Shown one piece after another: positions 1 to 7,845 of a stretch of DNA of 64,000 nucleotides; the first letter of the stretch is position 1, and every line of letters starts with the position of its first letter. The stretch is taken from contig CADBWQ010000003.1 of NCBI GenBank assembly GCA_902798545.1, positions 191,540 to 255,539 on the forward strand, written 5' to 3'. Both the position numbers and the translations under genes were made by a program. A model generated the notes under the pieces. It saw only the letters and a program-made list of their open reading frames with translations. It was not told the DNA's origin and did no database searches. Origin of the DNA: Oscillospiraceae bacterium (GTDB lineage Bacteria; Bacillota; Clostridia; Oscillospirales; Oscillospiraceae).

Positions 1-885
1 CGAAGAAGTTGCATCGTCTGTGTACTCAATGTTGAAGATGACATAGTCCTGCCACATATCCTTCAGGAAGCCGCCCAGATGAGCCCAAAGCAGCGTTGGG
101 ATCAGCACTACTGCCATTCCCAGAAGGAACAGCAGTATACACCTGCCGATTTCTGCAAAGCGTTTATCTCGGAGGAGCAGGAGCAGGACCACCGGGATCA
201 GGGTCCCCCAGACCGCAACCATGTTCGCCCGCAGCAGCAGAACAACCATAAACCCGACGCCGAGGAGGATGATATCACCTGTGTGATACCTCCTGTCCCG
301 AAAAAAGCGGAACATCACCCAGGCTGCAAGCGTGATCCAGGGCAGGGCGTATTCTTCCGTAAAATTACCGCCCTGCCAGATCTTCCACCCGCAGGCGCCA
401 AATACCGCCAGCACAGCCAGGTATCCGCTGTCATCACGATTAGAAACGGTCGCAGCGAGTTTCCCGGCTGCCGCTGTCGTCAGAAGCATATTGAGTACTT
501 CAAGCAGCCACACTCCTGTATAGCTTCCTGGCGTCAGCTTCAGGCCGACAATCTGAATCAGATAGAGCAGCGGCCCCTTATGATCAAAAACATCCCGGTA
601 GGGTGCCTTTCCCTCCAGGATACGTTCCCCGATATACAGGAAGGCGGAAGAATCCTCCATCGGTGTTCGTGCATTTCCCGGAAACAGCCGGAACAGGCTG
701 GATACTGCAAGCGCGGCACAGAGATAGAAGAAAAGATCTGTGCTCTGTTTTCTGTCGATCTGGCTCAGCGCGTTTTCTCCGTTTCTTTCCGTGCTTTTCG
801 TGCCAGAGACATGCCACAGGAGCTGGAGGATAATAAGCGATCCAATCAGCAGGGCAAAAAACAGATCGTTGCCATATAGATTCAC
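1..885 (-). CDS. GT-C fold (ArnT/PMT-like, family 39/83-type) polytopic membrane glycosyltransferase. First 295 codons only; the 3' end runs off the left edge.
   Basis: Absent from the ORF track because there is no stop in the window. I translated the minus strand by hand. GTG at 885 is preceded by GGAGGA (895-900) 8 nt upstream, and an in-frame stop at 937-939 bounds the frame. It is open for 295 codons to position 1: VNLYGNDLFFALLIGS...MEDSSAFLYIGERILEGKAPYRDVFDHKGPLLYLIQ...LLFLLGMAVVLIPTLLW. It has many hydrophobic spans. The + strand ORF 79-879 is its shadow. Confidence 0.6.
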   Translation of the reverse strand, partial: MNLYGNDLFFALLIGSLIILQLLWHVSGTKSTERNGENALSQIDRKQSTDLFFYLCAALAVSSLFRLFPGNARTPMEDSSAFLYIGERILEGKAPYRDVFDHKGPLLYLIQIVGLKLTPGSYTGVWLLEVLNMLLTTAAAGKLAATVSNRDDSGYLAVLAVFGACGWKIWQGGNFTEEYALPWITLAAWVMFRFFRDRRYHTGDIILLGVGFMVVLLLRANMVAVWGTLIPVVLLLLLRDKRFAEIGRCILLFLLGMAVVLIPTLLWAHLGGFLKDMWQDYVIFNIEYTDDATSS

Positions 886-959
886 CGGTTTGCGTCCTCC
901 ATTTGTTTGCGTTGCGCCCCCGCAGGCCTGTTGCCATTATGGCGCAGAAAACTATCGCG

Positions 960-3281
960 CTATTTCTGGATCTTCCGGTAGTGGATCCCGAGAACTTCAA
1001 GTTCGGCGTCATTCTCAGGCAGAACCTGAAACTGGACATAGCGGCTTCCCTGTGTGCGGAAACTCAGGTCCGCCGTGATTACTCCATTCTCTGTTGATGT
1101 CTCAGGCCATACTGCTTTTTCCGCCAGAATCGTGCCGCTGCCTGCTTCCGTAATACGGAGTCCGCAGAGTGTATCTGCCTGCCCCACAGAGACAGGATCC
1201 GTTTTCAGTACGAAAGAGACAACATAGCTGCCTTGGAACAGATCCAGATATGGGCCATGGTCAAGTCTCTCCCCATCCTCCAGAAAAAGGCTCCCTTCAT
1301 CAGTGCATTCCAGGCCATTGAGTTCAGCCATTCTTCGGAGATCTACCGTCCTGACAGCAGCATCATAATCCGTCCACTCATATCCGGCTTCTGTCAACGC
1401 GCTGATAACCGCCGCATCGCTGGAATAGACCGCCGCTTCAGGAGAAATCTGCGAGAACAGGAAGCCCTTATCCGCGAACCGCTGCCTGTCTTCCTTGAGT
1501 TGAACCACAACGCTCGCTGTTTTCATTCTCGCGAGGTCATCGCCGTGCCAGAATGCGCGGTCAACACCGGATACGATGTGCCGAACAAGCTCCGGAACAT
1601 CTTCTACATAAACCCGTCCTGTGGCAGACGCTGTCATAAGTCTCAAAGCGTCCGTCTCCTCCGAGGAAATCCTCCCTCCGTTCTTTTCGGCTCTGTGGAT
1701 CTCCGCGCTGTCCCGCCAGATGATCCCCGTCAGCAGTAAGGCACACAAGGAGAAGAGTACCATTTGTTTCCACGAAGGCTTTTTCCGATTGCTGAAGGCT
1801 GCTGCAATAATGAACAGGGCTGCAAACAGCCCCAGAACGGCAGTTAGCGACAGGCCACACCATACAATCGCCCTGATCTCTCCATGTGTCGAATCTATAC
1901 CCCAGATCTCAAAGACGGTCCGAAGCCGACTCATGGCCGGTACGGCGGCACAAACAGCAGCAAAGGCGATCACAAGAGTCAGTCCCGTCAGGAACAGGCG
2001 CGAGCTTGCATCCCGTTTGAGAGAATGCACCTCATCTGTCTGCCCGTGCTGTATTGGAATTCTGGCAAACGGCAGGCAGAGCAGGATATTATAGTGAGCA
2101 TCAGGAAAATGATGTTCAGAGAGCGCGTGAAAAGCAATCACGGTCATGACATAAAGAAGTTTCCTGTCTCCCGCGCGATTGGCCCGGGCAGCAAACCTCG
2201 TCCAGAGGGCTGCTACCGTCAGAAACAGGAGCCACCCATATCGAATCAGCAGGAGAGGATAGGAACTGTCAATGAAATAGATAGTGTCCGGCTGTATTGC
2301 ACTTCCGCCGCGCCCGATCGGAGAATAGTTGCACCCAAATGGATGAAGGCCCTGATCCTGATATATTTCAAGAGTCTGCGCCAGACGATTGGAAAGAAGC
2401 CGATTCAGAATATATCCTGTGTTCCCGCCTCTGGCGTAGATGGCAAGAGCGGCAAAAAACAACACAGCAAAAAGCAGGAAAGAACATACGAGCAGGAGAT
2501 GGAAGACCTGAGAGATTTTTCCCATCCGGCCCGTTTCTGTGTGAATCATCCCCGAGATCATCCTCAGCATGATGAAAAACAGAAGCAGCAGACTGCACAT
2601 TGCCGAAGTTCTGCTCTCCGCAACAGCAAAAGAAACCCAGAAAGATAACAATGCCCCAGCTGCCGCAATCGAATCCGGGACACGGTTGTCGGAAAGCCAG
2701 ATCATCATCACACAGAACAGCACCATCGATGCAAGATCAGTCGGATAGGCAATGCCCCAGCTGCTGCGCAGATGGCCGTCCCGGATATTCACAATATTTG
2801 GGATCACTCCTGTAAAGGAGCACAGAATCGTGATCAACAAGAAGCTTCCGACTACAGCGACATAGACCTTGATGATTCTGTGATAATCCATATCCGCCGT
2901 ACCGATCATAAAGATCGGCAGCATCAGCAGGAAAAGCTCTCTCCCAGTTCGGTAGGCGAGAAAACAGATCCCGAAAATGGCAAAAAGGATCGGAATCCGT
3001 GCTGTCCAACCGCCGCTCAGGTCCACCTTTAGCAGGACCAAAGCCCCTGTCACAAAGAGAACCCGGGTAAATACCTGTCGATCCGGGAAACTATAAACAG
3101 GAAGCACAAAGGTTGAACCATGAAGGCACTGACACAGCAGGTAGATCCCTGTCATCATCAGGAACCCCCACTCCAAAACCTCTATCGGTTTTTTTCTTGT
3201 CAACACAGTCCCCGCTCCAAACATCTCAACCCAACCTGTGAATGAAAACTCCGTCCTGTCGCCGGCGGTAAAAGCCGACAT
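960..3281 (-). CDS. Large polytopic membrane protein, O-antigen polymerase/ligase-like (Wzy/WaaL-type), with a ~270-aa soluble C-terminal domain.
   Basis: 773-aa ORF. There are about 12 or more hydrophobic spans in the first ~500 aa, followed by a hydrophilic C-terminal domain. It lies directly upstream of the GT-C gene on the same strand. The start is uncertain: ATG 3281 has no SD, and an internal ATGATG (MMTGIYLL) follows GGAGTGGGGG. Confidence 0.5.
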   Translation of the reverse strand: MSAFTAGDRTEFSFTGWVEMFGAGTVLTRKKPIEVLEWGFLMMTGIYLLCQCLHGSTFVLPVYSFPDRQVFTRVLFVTGALVLLKVDLSGGWTARIPILFAIFGICFLAYRTGRELFLLMLPIFMIGTADMDYHRIIKVYVAVVGSFLLITILCSFTGVIPNIVNIRDGHLRSSWGIAYPTDLASMVLFCVMMIWLSDNRVPDSIAAAGALLSFWVSFAVAESRTSAMCSLLLLFFIMLRMISGMIHTETGRMGKISQVFHLLLVCSFLLFAVLFFAALAIYARGGNTGYILNRLLSNRLAQTLEIYQDQGLHPFGCNYSPIGRGGSAIQPDTIYFIDSSYPLLLIRYGWLLFLTVAALWTRFAARANRAGDRKLLYVMTVIAFHALSEHHFPDAHYNILLCLPFARIPIQHGQTDEVHSLKRDASSRLFLTGLTLVIAFAAVCAAVPAMSRLRTVFEIWGIDSTHGEIRAIVWCGLSLTAVLGLFAALFIIAAAFSNRKKPSWKQMVLFSLCALLLTGIIWRDSAEIHRAEKNGGRISSEETDALRLMTASATGRVYVEDVPELVRHIVSGVDRAFWHGDDLARMKTASVVVQLKEDRQRFADKGFLFSQISPEAAVYSSDAAVISALTEAGYEWTDYDAAVRTVDLRRMAELNGLECTDEGSLFLEDGERLDHGPYLDLFQGSYVVSFVLKTDPVSVGQADTLCGLRITEAGSGTILAEKAVWPETSTENGVITADLSFRTQGSRYVQFQVLPENDAELEVLGIHYRKIQK

Positions 3282-3303
3282 GCGAACACATGGATATCAG
3301 TTT

Positions 3304-3332
3304 ATTCTACACCACAACGCTATTCTTGACAA
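3304..3332 (-). promoter_or_regulatory. Sigma-A-type promoter TTGTCA-17-TAGAAT for the 960-3281 gene.
   Basis: On the minus strand, TTGTCA is at 3332-3327 and TAGAAT at 3309-3304, with an exact 17-nt spacer. Confidence 0.5.
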
Positions 3333-3547
3333 GTAAATTTTACAGGTGGGGGCGCCCCTTTTGCTGCCCTGTAAAAGGAAGGATCAGATTTTCTGATCTC
3401 GGACCAATGCTATTTTTCCATCAACAAGTATTTTCTCAGCTTTTACAAAAATGATTTATTTACATTTGCACTCTTGCGCCCCGGCTGAAAACATGATAAG
3501 CTGTAATCAGGTTTAAAAACAAACCATATTTTCAAGGAGGGATTTCT

Positions 3548-3961
3548 ATGGTCAGCATCCTTATGGGTCTGAAGGGAAGCGGAAAGACAAAGCGTCTTGT
3601 AGAGATGGTCCGCGCAGCGGTGAAAGAAGAAACCGGTGACGTCGTTTGTATCGAAAAGGAGCGGAAGCTCACTTATGATATTCCCTATCAGGCCCGTTTG
3701 ATTGACGCCGGTGCTTATGATATTGGAAGCTATGAATTTCTGAAAGGGCTGATCTGCGGCATTCATGCTGGCAATTATGACATCACCCATTTCTTTATTG
3801 ATAATTTTTACAAACTCGTAAATGACAAGGATCCTGCGTCTCTGATTTCTTTCGTTTCCTGGTTGGAGAAGTTTTCCGAAAACGAGCATATCAGCTTTGT
3901 GCTTTCCGTCACATCCGATCCGGAGACTGTGCCCGAAGCATTGAGGCAGTATATCATTTAA
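3548..3961 (+). CDS. Small (137 aa) P-loop NTPase-like protein of unknown function.
   Basis: AAGGAGGG SD lies 6 nt before the ATG. An N-terminal Walker A motif GLKGSGKT is present, with a possible Walker B in HFFIDNF. A strong terminator follows. Confidence 0.7.
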   Translation: MVSILMGLKGSGKTKRLVEMVRAAVKEETGDVVCIEKERKLTYDIPYQARLIDAGAYDIGSYEFLKGLICGIHAGNYDITHFFIDNFYKLVNDKDPASLISFVSWLEKFSENEHISFVLSVTSDPETVPEALRQYII

Positions 3962-3984
3962 TTCTGCATTCTTACAGAATCGTT

Positions 3985-4013
3985 CACCCATCCCTTACGG
4001 GATGGGTGTTTTT
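3985..4013 (+). terminator. Intrinsic terminator after the P-loop gene.
   Basis: CACCCATCCC-TTAC-GGGATGGGTG (10-bp stem) followed by TTTTT. Confidence 0.8.
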
Positions 4014-4036
4014 CATAGGTCTTTCATCTTAAGTTC

Positions 4037-4276
4037 TTACAACTCACGATACATTGCTGCTGCTTCAGCTTTTTTGACGTTCTCACTAATTTCTGTTACT
4101 TCTACCTTCAGATTCCGGTTGCCGAATGCAATTTCAATCACATCTCCAACTTTCACCTGATAACTGGCCTTTGCTTCTCTTCCATTGACCGTGACACGTT
4201 CGCTGTCACAGGCCTCATTGGCCATAGTGCGTCGTTTGATCAGCCTTGATACCTTCAGATATTTGTCCAGTCTCAT
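4037..4276 (-). CDS. rqcP: S4-domain RNA-binding protein RqcP/YabO (ribosome quality control).
   Basis: MRLDKYLKVSRLIKRRTMANEACDSERVTVNGREAKAS... closely parallels B. subtilis YabO (MRLDKFLKVSRLIKRRTLAKE..., recalled from memory). I moved the start to ATG 4276, which has GGAG 8 nt upstream. The track ORF begins at 4294. Confidence 0.85.
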   Translation of the reverse strand: MRLDKYLKVSRLIKRRTMANEACDSERVTVNGREAKASYQVKVGDVIEIAFGNRNLKVEVTEISENVKKAEAAAMYREL

Positions 4277-4310
4277 TTCAATTCTCCGTTCCACTCAGTG
4301 ATTGTCATAT

Positions 4311-6071
4311 TCAGAACAGGATCTCACAATCCGGCATCCATCCTCGCAGATCATTGAGCGCTTCCTCAGACAGAGGATTTCCTTTCAGATTCAGCCGTCT
4401 CAATGTTGTGAGCTTCCGAAGACTCGCAACCGTACTGATCTGGTTTCCACTCAGGTCCAGCTCCTCAATTTCTGAGAGAGCATATAAGGATTGTACATCC
4501 AGGATTTGATTGTTTGAAAGATTCAATTTCAGAATTGTCGTGCTTGAAGGCGTGATCTCAAACGGATACAGACTCACGATTTCATTGTCCCGCAGGTCCA
4601 GTTCCTCCAGCCGCGCCATTTTTGACAGGCCGCTCAAGTCCGAGATACCGCCGGATGGAAATACGAGCTTTTTCTCATCACTTCTTACAAGGTGGCCGGA
4701 AAAGTCAATCTCATAGACCAGCTCCGAAGTCATGATCGCGCATCCCGGCAGAGCAGATTTCAGCGCACCAACTGCCCTGTCGCTCAAGCCGGCATTGTCT
4801 CTTAAATCGATGTTATAAATACTCTTCAGTCCATACAGCTCCTGAAGATCTGCATCCGTAATGCCGGTATTCGTCAGATTGAGGATCTTCAGTGCTTTCA
4901 GCCGTCCCAGTCCTGAATAGTCATGTACTGGATTCCCGCTCAAATTCAGGTCTGTGAGTTTCTCGATCGAACCAACTGCAGTGGTTTCCTGGATCAGGTT
5001 ATTTGTTGCCTCCAGTTTGGAGAGCAGCGGCAGCCCGATCAGCGGTCGCAAATCGTTGATAAGATTATTATCGATATTTAGGATTTCAAGTTTTGAGAGG
5101 CCCATCAGCGGTGTGATATCTGTTATTTCATTCCCACTGAGATTCAAGACCTTCAACTCCGAAAAGTTTTGCAAAAGATCAATATCCGTCAGGCCTCTGT
5201 CACACAGAGCAAGTTCAGAAGTCTTAATATTGAAGACATCACCGGCCAGTTGCATCTGTATTTCTTCACTGCTCCCGAATCTGATGGCACAGTTTGGCAG
5301 CGACTGTGCCAACGTCTGAACAGTCTCTCTGTCTATTCCTGTATCTACGAGACTCACGCTGGTCAGGTATCGTAAAGACGTCAGGCTTTCTGTGTTCTCC
5401 AGAGGATTTCCGTCGAGGTTCAGTACCCGAAGACCGCTTAGGTCGGTGAGCGGTCCTATGTCCCGAATATGGTTGCCGGCAAGGTCCAGTTCATCCAGTC
5501 CTTTCAATTCACTCAGTGCCGTTATGTCTGTCAGCTGATTGTTCTGCAGTGAAAGTCTGTCCAATGCATAGAGCACTCTGAGATCGTGCAGATCCAAATC
5601 CGTAAGACCTAAACCATCGAGCGTCGCAGTTTGTGTCCCAATCTCCAGCTCCGCGCCTCCAACAGTCACGATCTGTTTCTGTACTTCCTGCATTTTTCGC
5701 TGCTCGATGGCCTGAATCCGACCGGAAACCACTGGATCGGCAGTGTTCAGCTTGCGCAACGTCTCCAGCGCCCGGGGATAATTTCCCATCGCTTCATAAC
5801 AGTCAGCCATCAGGATCTGTGCTTCAATGTCTTTCTCGTCTGCGTTGGCGCGCCGCAGATAAAGAAGTGCATTTTCATAATCGCCTGTTTCATAGCTTTC
5901 ACGGCCTTTGAGGATATATACTTTTGTCCTCTGGTCATTTGCGCTGCGGAGCAGAAGAGCAGCAAAAAACGCCAGCAGGACCAGCAGCACTGCCGTAATA
6001 ATCAGATATATTCTCTTTTTCCTGCCCCCAAGTTTTTTAGGTGCAGGAAAGTAAAAACGTCTCATCGCCAT
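4311..6071 (-). CDS. Membrane-anchored TPR plus leucine-rich-repeat (internalin-type LRR) surface protein.
   Basis: 586 aa. The N-terminus is basic and is followed by one TM span (IYLIITAVLLVLLAFFAALLL). A TPR-like segment follows (YENALLYLRRA...GNYPRALETLRKL). Three blocks of ~22-aa LxxLxxLxLxxNxIxDI repeats come next. Confidence 0.85.
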   Translation of the reverse strand: MAMRRFYFPAPKKLGGRKKRIYLIITAVLLVLLAFFAALLLRSANDQRTKVYILKGRESYETGDYENALLYLRRANADEKDIEAQILMADCYEAMGNYPRALETLRKLNTADPVVSGRIQAIEQRKMQEVQKQIVTVGGAELEIGTQTATLDGLGLTDLDLHDLRVLYALDRLSLQNNQLTDITALSELKGLDELDLAGNHIRDIGPLTDLSGLRVLNLDGNPLENTESLTSLRYLTSVSLVDTGIDRETVQTLAQSLPNCAIRFGSSEEIQMQLAGDVFNIKTSELALCDRGLTDIDLLQNFSELKVLNLSGNEITDITPLMGLSKLEILNIDNNLINDLRPLIGLPLLSKLEATNNLIQETTAVGSIEKLTDLNLSGNPVHDYSGLGRLKALKILNLTNTGITDADLQELYGLKSIYNIDLRDNAGLSDRAVGALKSALPGCAIMTSELVYEIDFSGHLVRSDEKKLVFPSGGISDLSGLSKMARLEELDLRDNEIVSLYPFEITPSSTTILKLNLSNNQILDVQSLYALSEIEELDLSGNQISTVASLRKLTTLRRLNLKGNPLSEEALNDLRGWMPDCEILF

Positions 6072-6799
6072 CAGACTTCAGGCTCTCCCTCATCCACACC
6101 TGCAGGAACGTTTTTCCCTGCTTCAGATGCCTGCTGAGCAGGTTCTGGCGGGATCTTCTGATCAATTTGCAGTGCTTTTTCAGCCTCAGATTCCTTTCGT
6201 TTGTCCAAGACTCTGAGCGATTTGATTTTTGGAAGTTCTGTGGTCGTTTCTGTGACCGTTCTCTTCATGGATAACGACAGGAAAAAGAGGCCAAGCATAA
6301 TGCACAGAACACCCATCTCCTGCATTCCGGCTGAAAAGCTCACTGGATTCGCAGTGTCCTGCAGGGCGGCAAGATCCTCTACGAAAATGTGATAAAGAAA
6401 TGGCAGTCCAAAAAGCAGCACCAGAATCCATTTGGTACGGATAATCCCGAAGACCGTGCAGAAGTACAGCGTAATCACGCCAACATAAAGCAGGATACAC
6501 AGCACCATATGCAGCTTGCTCTCAAATTCGAGAGATTTGATGATAAAGAAGACTGCACCCAGCACAACCGGGATAAAGCTCATCCAGAGCGCACGCCTTC
6601 CAAACAGCCACACACATGCGATGAAGAGCAGCGCACTGACGATCGGCAGCGCAATCTGCGTAATGGCATAGCCCCGATCTCCCCATAAGCCCCAGCATCC
6701 GATGACCCGGAAAACAGCAGACAGTGCCATCAGAATTATCATGGCATGAACGCCAATACTGCTGCGTTCCGTATAGAATCTGATCCGTTCTGTCTTCAT
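6071..6799 (-). CDS. Integral membrane protein of unknown function (about 6 TM spans, acidic C-terminal tail).
   Basis: ORF 6071-6868 trimmed to ATG 6799 (MKTERIRFY), which follows GAGGGG. Its TGA stop shares base 6071 with the ATG of the LRR gene (TGATG), indicating translational coupling. Confidence 0.7.
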   Translation of the reverse strand: MKTERIRFYTERSSIGVHAMIILMALSAVFRVIGCWGLWGDRGYAITQIALPIVSALLFIACVWLFGRRALWMSFIPVVLGAVFFIIKSLEFESKLHMVLCILLYVGVITLYFCTVFGIIRTKWILVLLFGLPFLYHIFVEDLAALQDTANPVSFSAGMQEMGVLCIMLGLFFLSLSMKRTVTETTTELPKIKSLRVLDKRKESEAEKALQIDQKIPPEPAQQASEAGKNVPAGVDEGEPEV

Positions 6800-6864
6800 A
6801 GTGCTGCCCCTCAGCCAAAGTTTACATAAGAATAAAAATATTATAGCATACCGTCCTGAACTGC

Positions 6865-6897
6865 GCAAGCAAAAGCGGGCTGTTACAGCCCGCTTTT
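6865..6897 (-). terminator. Intrinsic terminator downstream of rubredoxin.
   Basis: AAAAGCGGGCTG-TTAC-AGCCCGCTTTT. On the minus strand the stem is followed by TTTTGC. Confidence 0.75.
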
Positions 6898-6922
6898 CAA
6901 ATATGGTTTATAACCTGAATGA

Positions 6923-7057
6923 TTACTCCTCGGCAGTGAACTCATCCTTGCCTGCGCCACAGAGCTCACAGGCGAAATCATCGGGAAGATCTTCCCATTT
7001 CACACCGGCCTCTTCTTCGTCATAGACCCAGCCGCAAAGATTGCATACATACTTCAT
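6923..7057 (-). CDS. Rubredoxin (short form, 44 aa).
   Basis: Below the ORF-track size cut-off. Hand translation gives [44 protein letters not shown], with both CxxCG knuckles. An AGGAG SD (cgaaAGGAGaatttcaacATG) precedes it. Confidence 0.88.
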   Translation of the reverse strand: MKYVCNLCGWVYDEEEAGVKWEDLPDDFACELCGAGKDEFTAEE

Positions 7058-7162
7058 GTTGAAATTCTCCTTTCGACAGATTCAGATTTCTGCTTTTTCG
7101 CTTTCGTGAAAGACACCGTGCAGGCAGTAAAAACAGCTGTTCCTTACACTAATAAAAGTGGA

Positions 7163-7729
7163 TTACTTGAAATATCTCTCCAGAAGGCCTTTGAATGCCT
7201 TACCGTGTCTTGCCTCGTCGCGCGCCATCTCATGGATGGTATCATGCAGAGCATCAAGGTTATACTTCTTACATAGCTTTGCCAGTTCGGTTTTTCCGGT
7301 GGTAGCGCCGTTTTCGGCATCCACTCGCATCTGCAGGTTCTTCTTTGTGCTGTCAGTAACGACTTCGCCCAGAAGCTCTGCAAACTTTGCTGCATGCTCT
7401 GCTTCCTCCAGTCCGGCCTTTTCCCAATACATGCCAACTTCTGGATAGCCTTCCCGGAAGGCAACCCTTGCCATTGCCAGATACATACCGACTTCAGAGC
7501 ACTCACCCTCGAAGTTGGAACGCAGACCGGCTATTATTTCTTGCTTTACCTCTTCCGGTACTTCCGCACCAAACACCTTACCAACGCCGACAACGTGTTC
7601 AGCCGCCCAGGTCAGCTCCTCTGTCTGAAGGGTAAACTTCTCGCCGGGGACCTTGCAGACCGGACACTTTTCCGGGGGAGTATCTCCTTCATGTACGTAT
7701 CCGCATACAGGGCAAACCCATTTTTTCAT
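7163..7729 (-). CDS. rbr: Reverse rubrerythrin (N-terminal rubredoxin-like CxxC..CxxC domain plus a ferritin-like di-iron domain).
   Basis: [32 protein letters not shown], then the di-iron ligand motifs EGECSE...EEAEHAAKF...ENGAT...[15 protein letters not shown] is present. Confidence 0.92.
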   Translation of the reverse strand: MKKWVCPVCGYVHEGDTPPEKCPVCKVPGEKFTLQTEELTWAAEHVVGVGKVFGAEVPEEVKQEIIAGLRSNFEGECSEVGMYLAMARVAFREGYPEVGMYWEKAGLEEAEHAAKFAELLGEVVTDSTKKNLQMRVDAENGATTGKTELAKLCKKYNLDALHDTIHEMARDEARHGKAFKGLLERYFK

Positions 7730-7845
7730 GTTTCATACCTCCGTTAAATATATTTATTTATGAATATGCAATCCATCAATATCATTTTGAAAATACCATA
7801 CTCTCTGTATTTTGTAAAGATGATATCTGTGAATTTTCTTCAGGC

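Noticed and set aside
79-879. 266-aa + strand ORF at the left edge, and the 584-1039 minus-strand ORF.
   Set aside because: The minus-strand frame ending at position 1 encodes a coherent polytopic GT-C-like protein with a GTG start and SD. The listed ORFs are its shadows and have implausible composition.
7730-7845. PerR box upstream of the rubrerythrin gene.
   Set aside because: I saw only AT-rich sequence with no 7-1-7 inverted repeat matching TTATAATNATTATAA.
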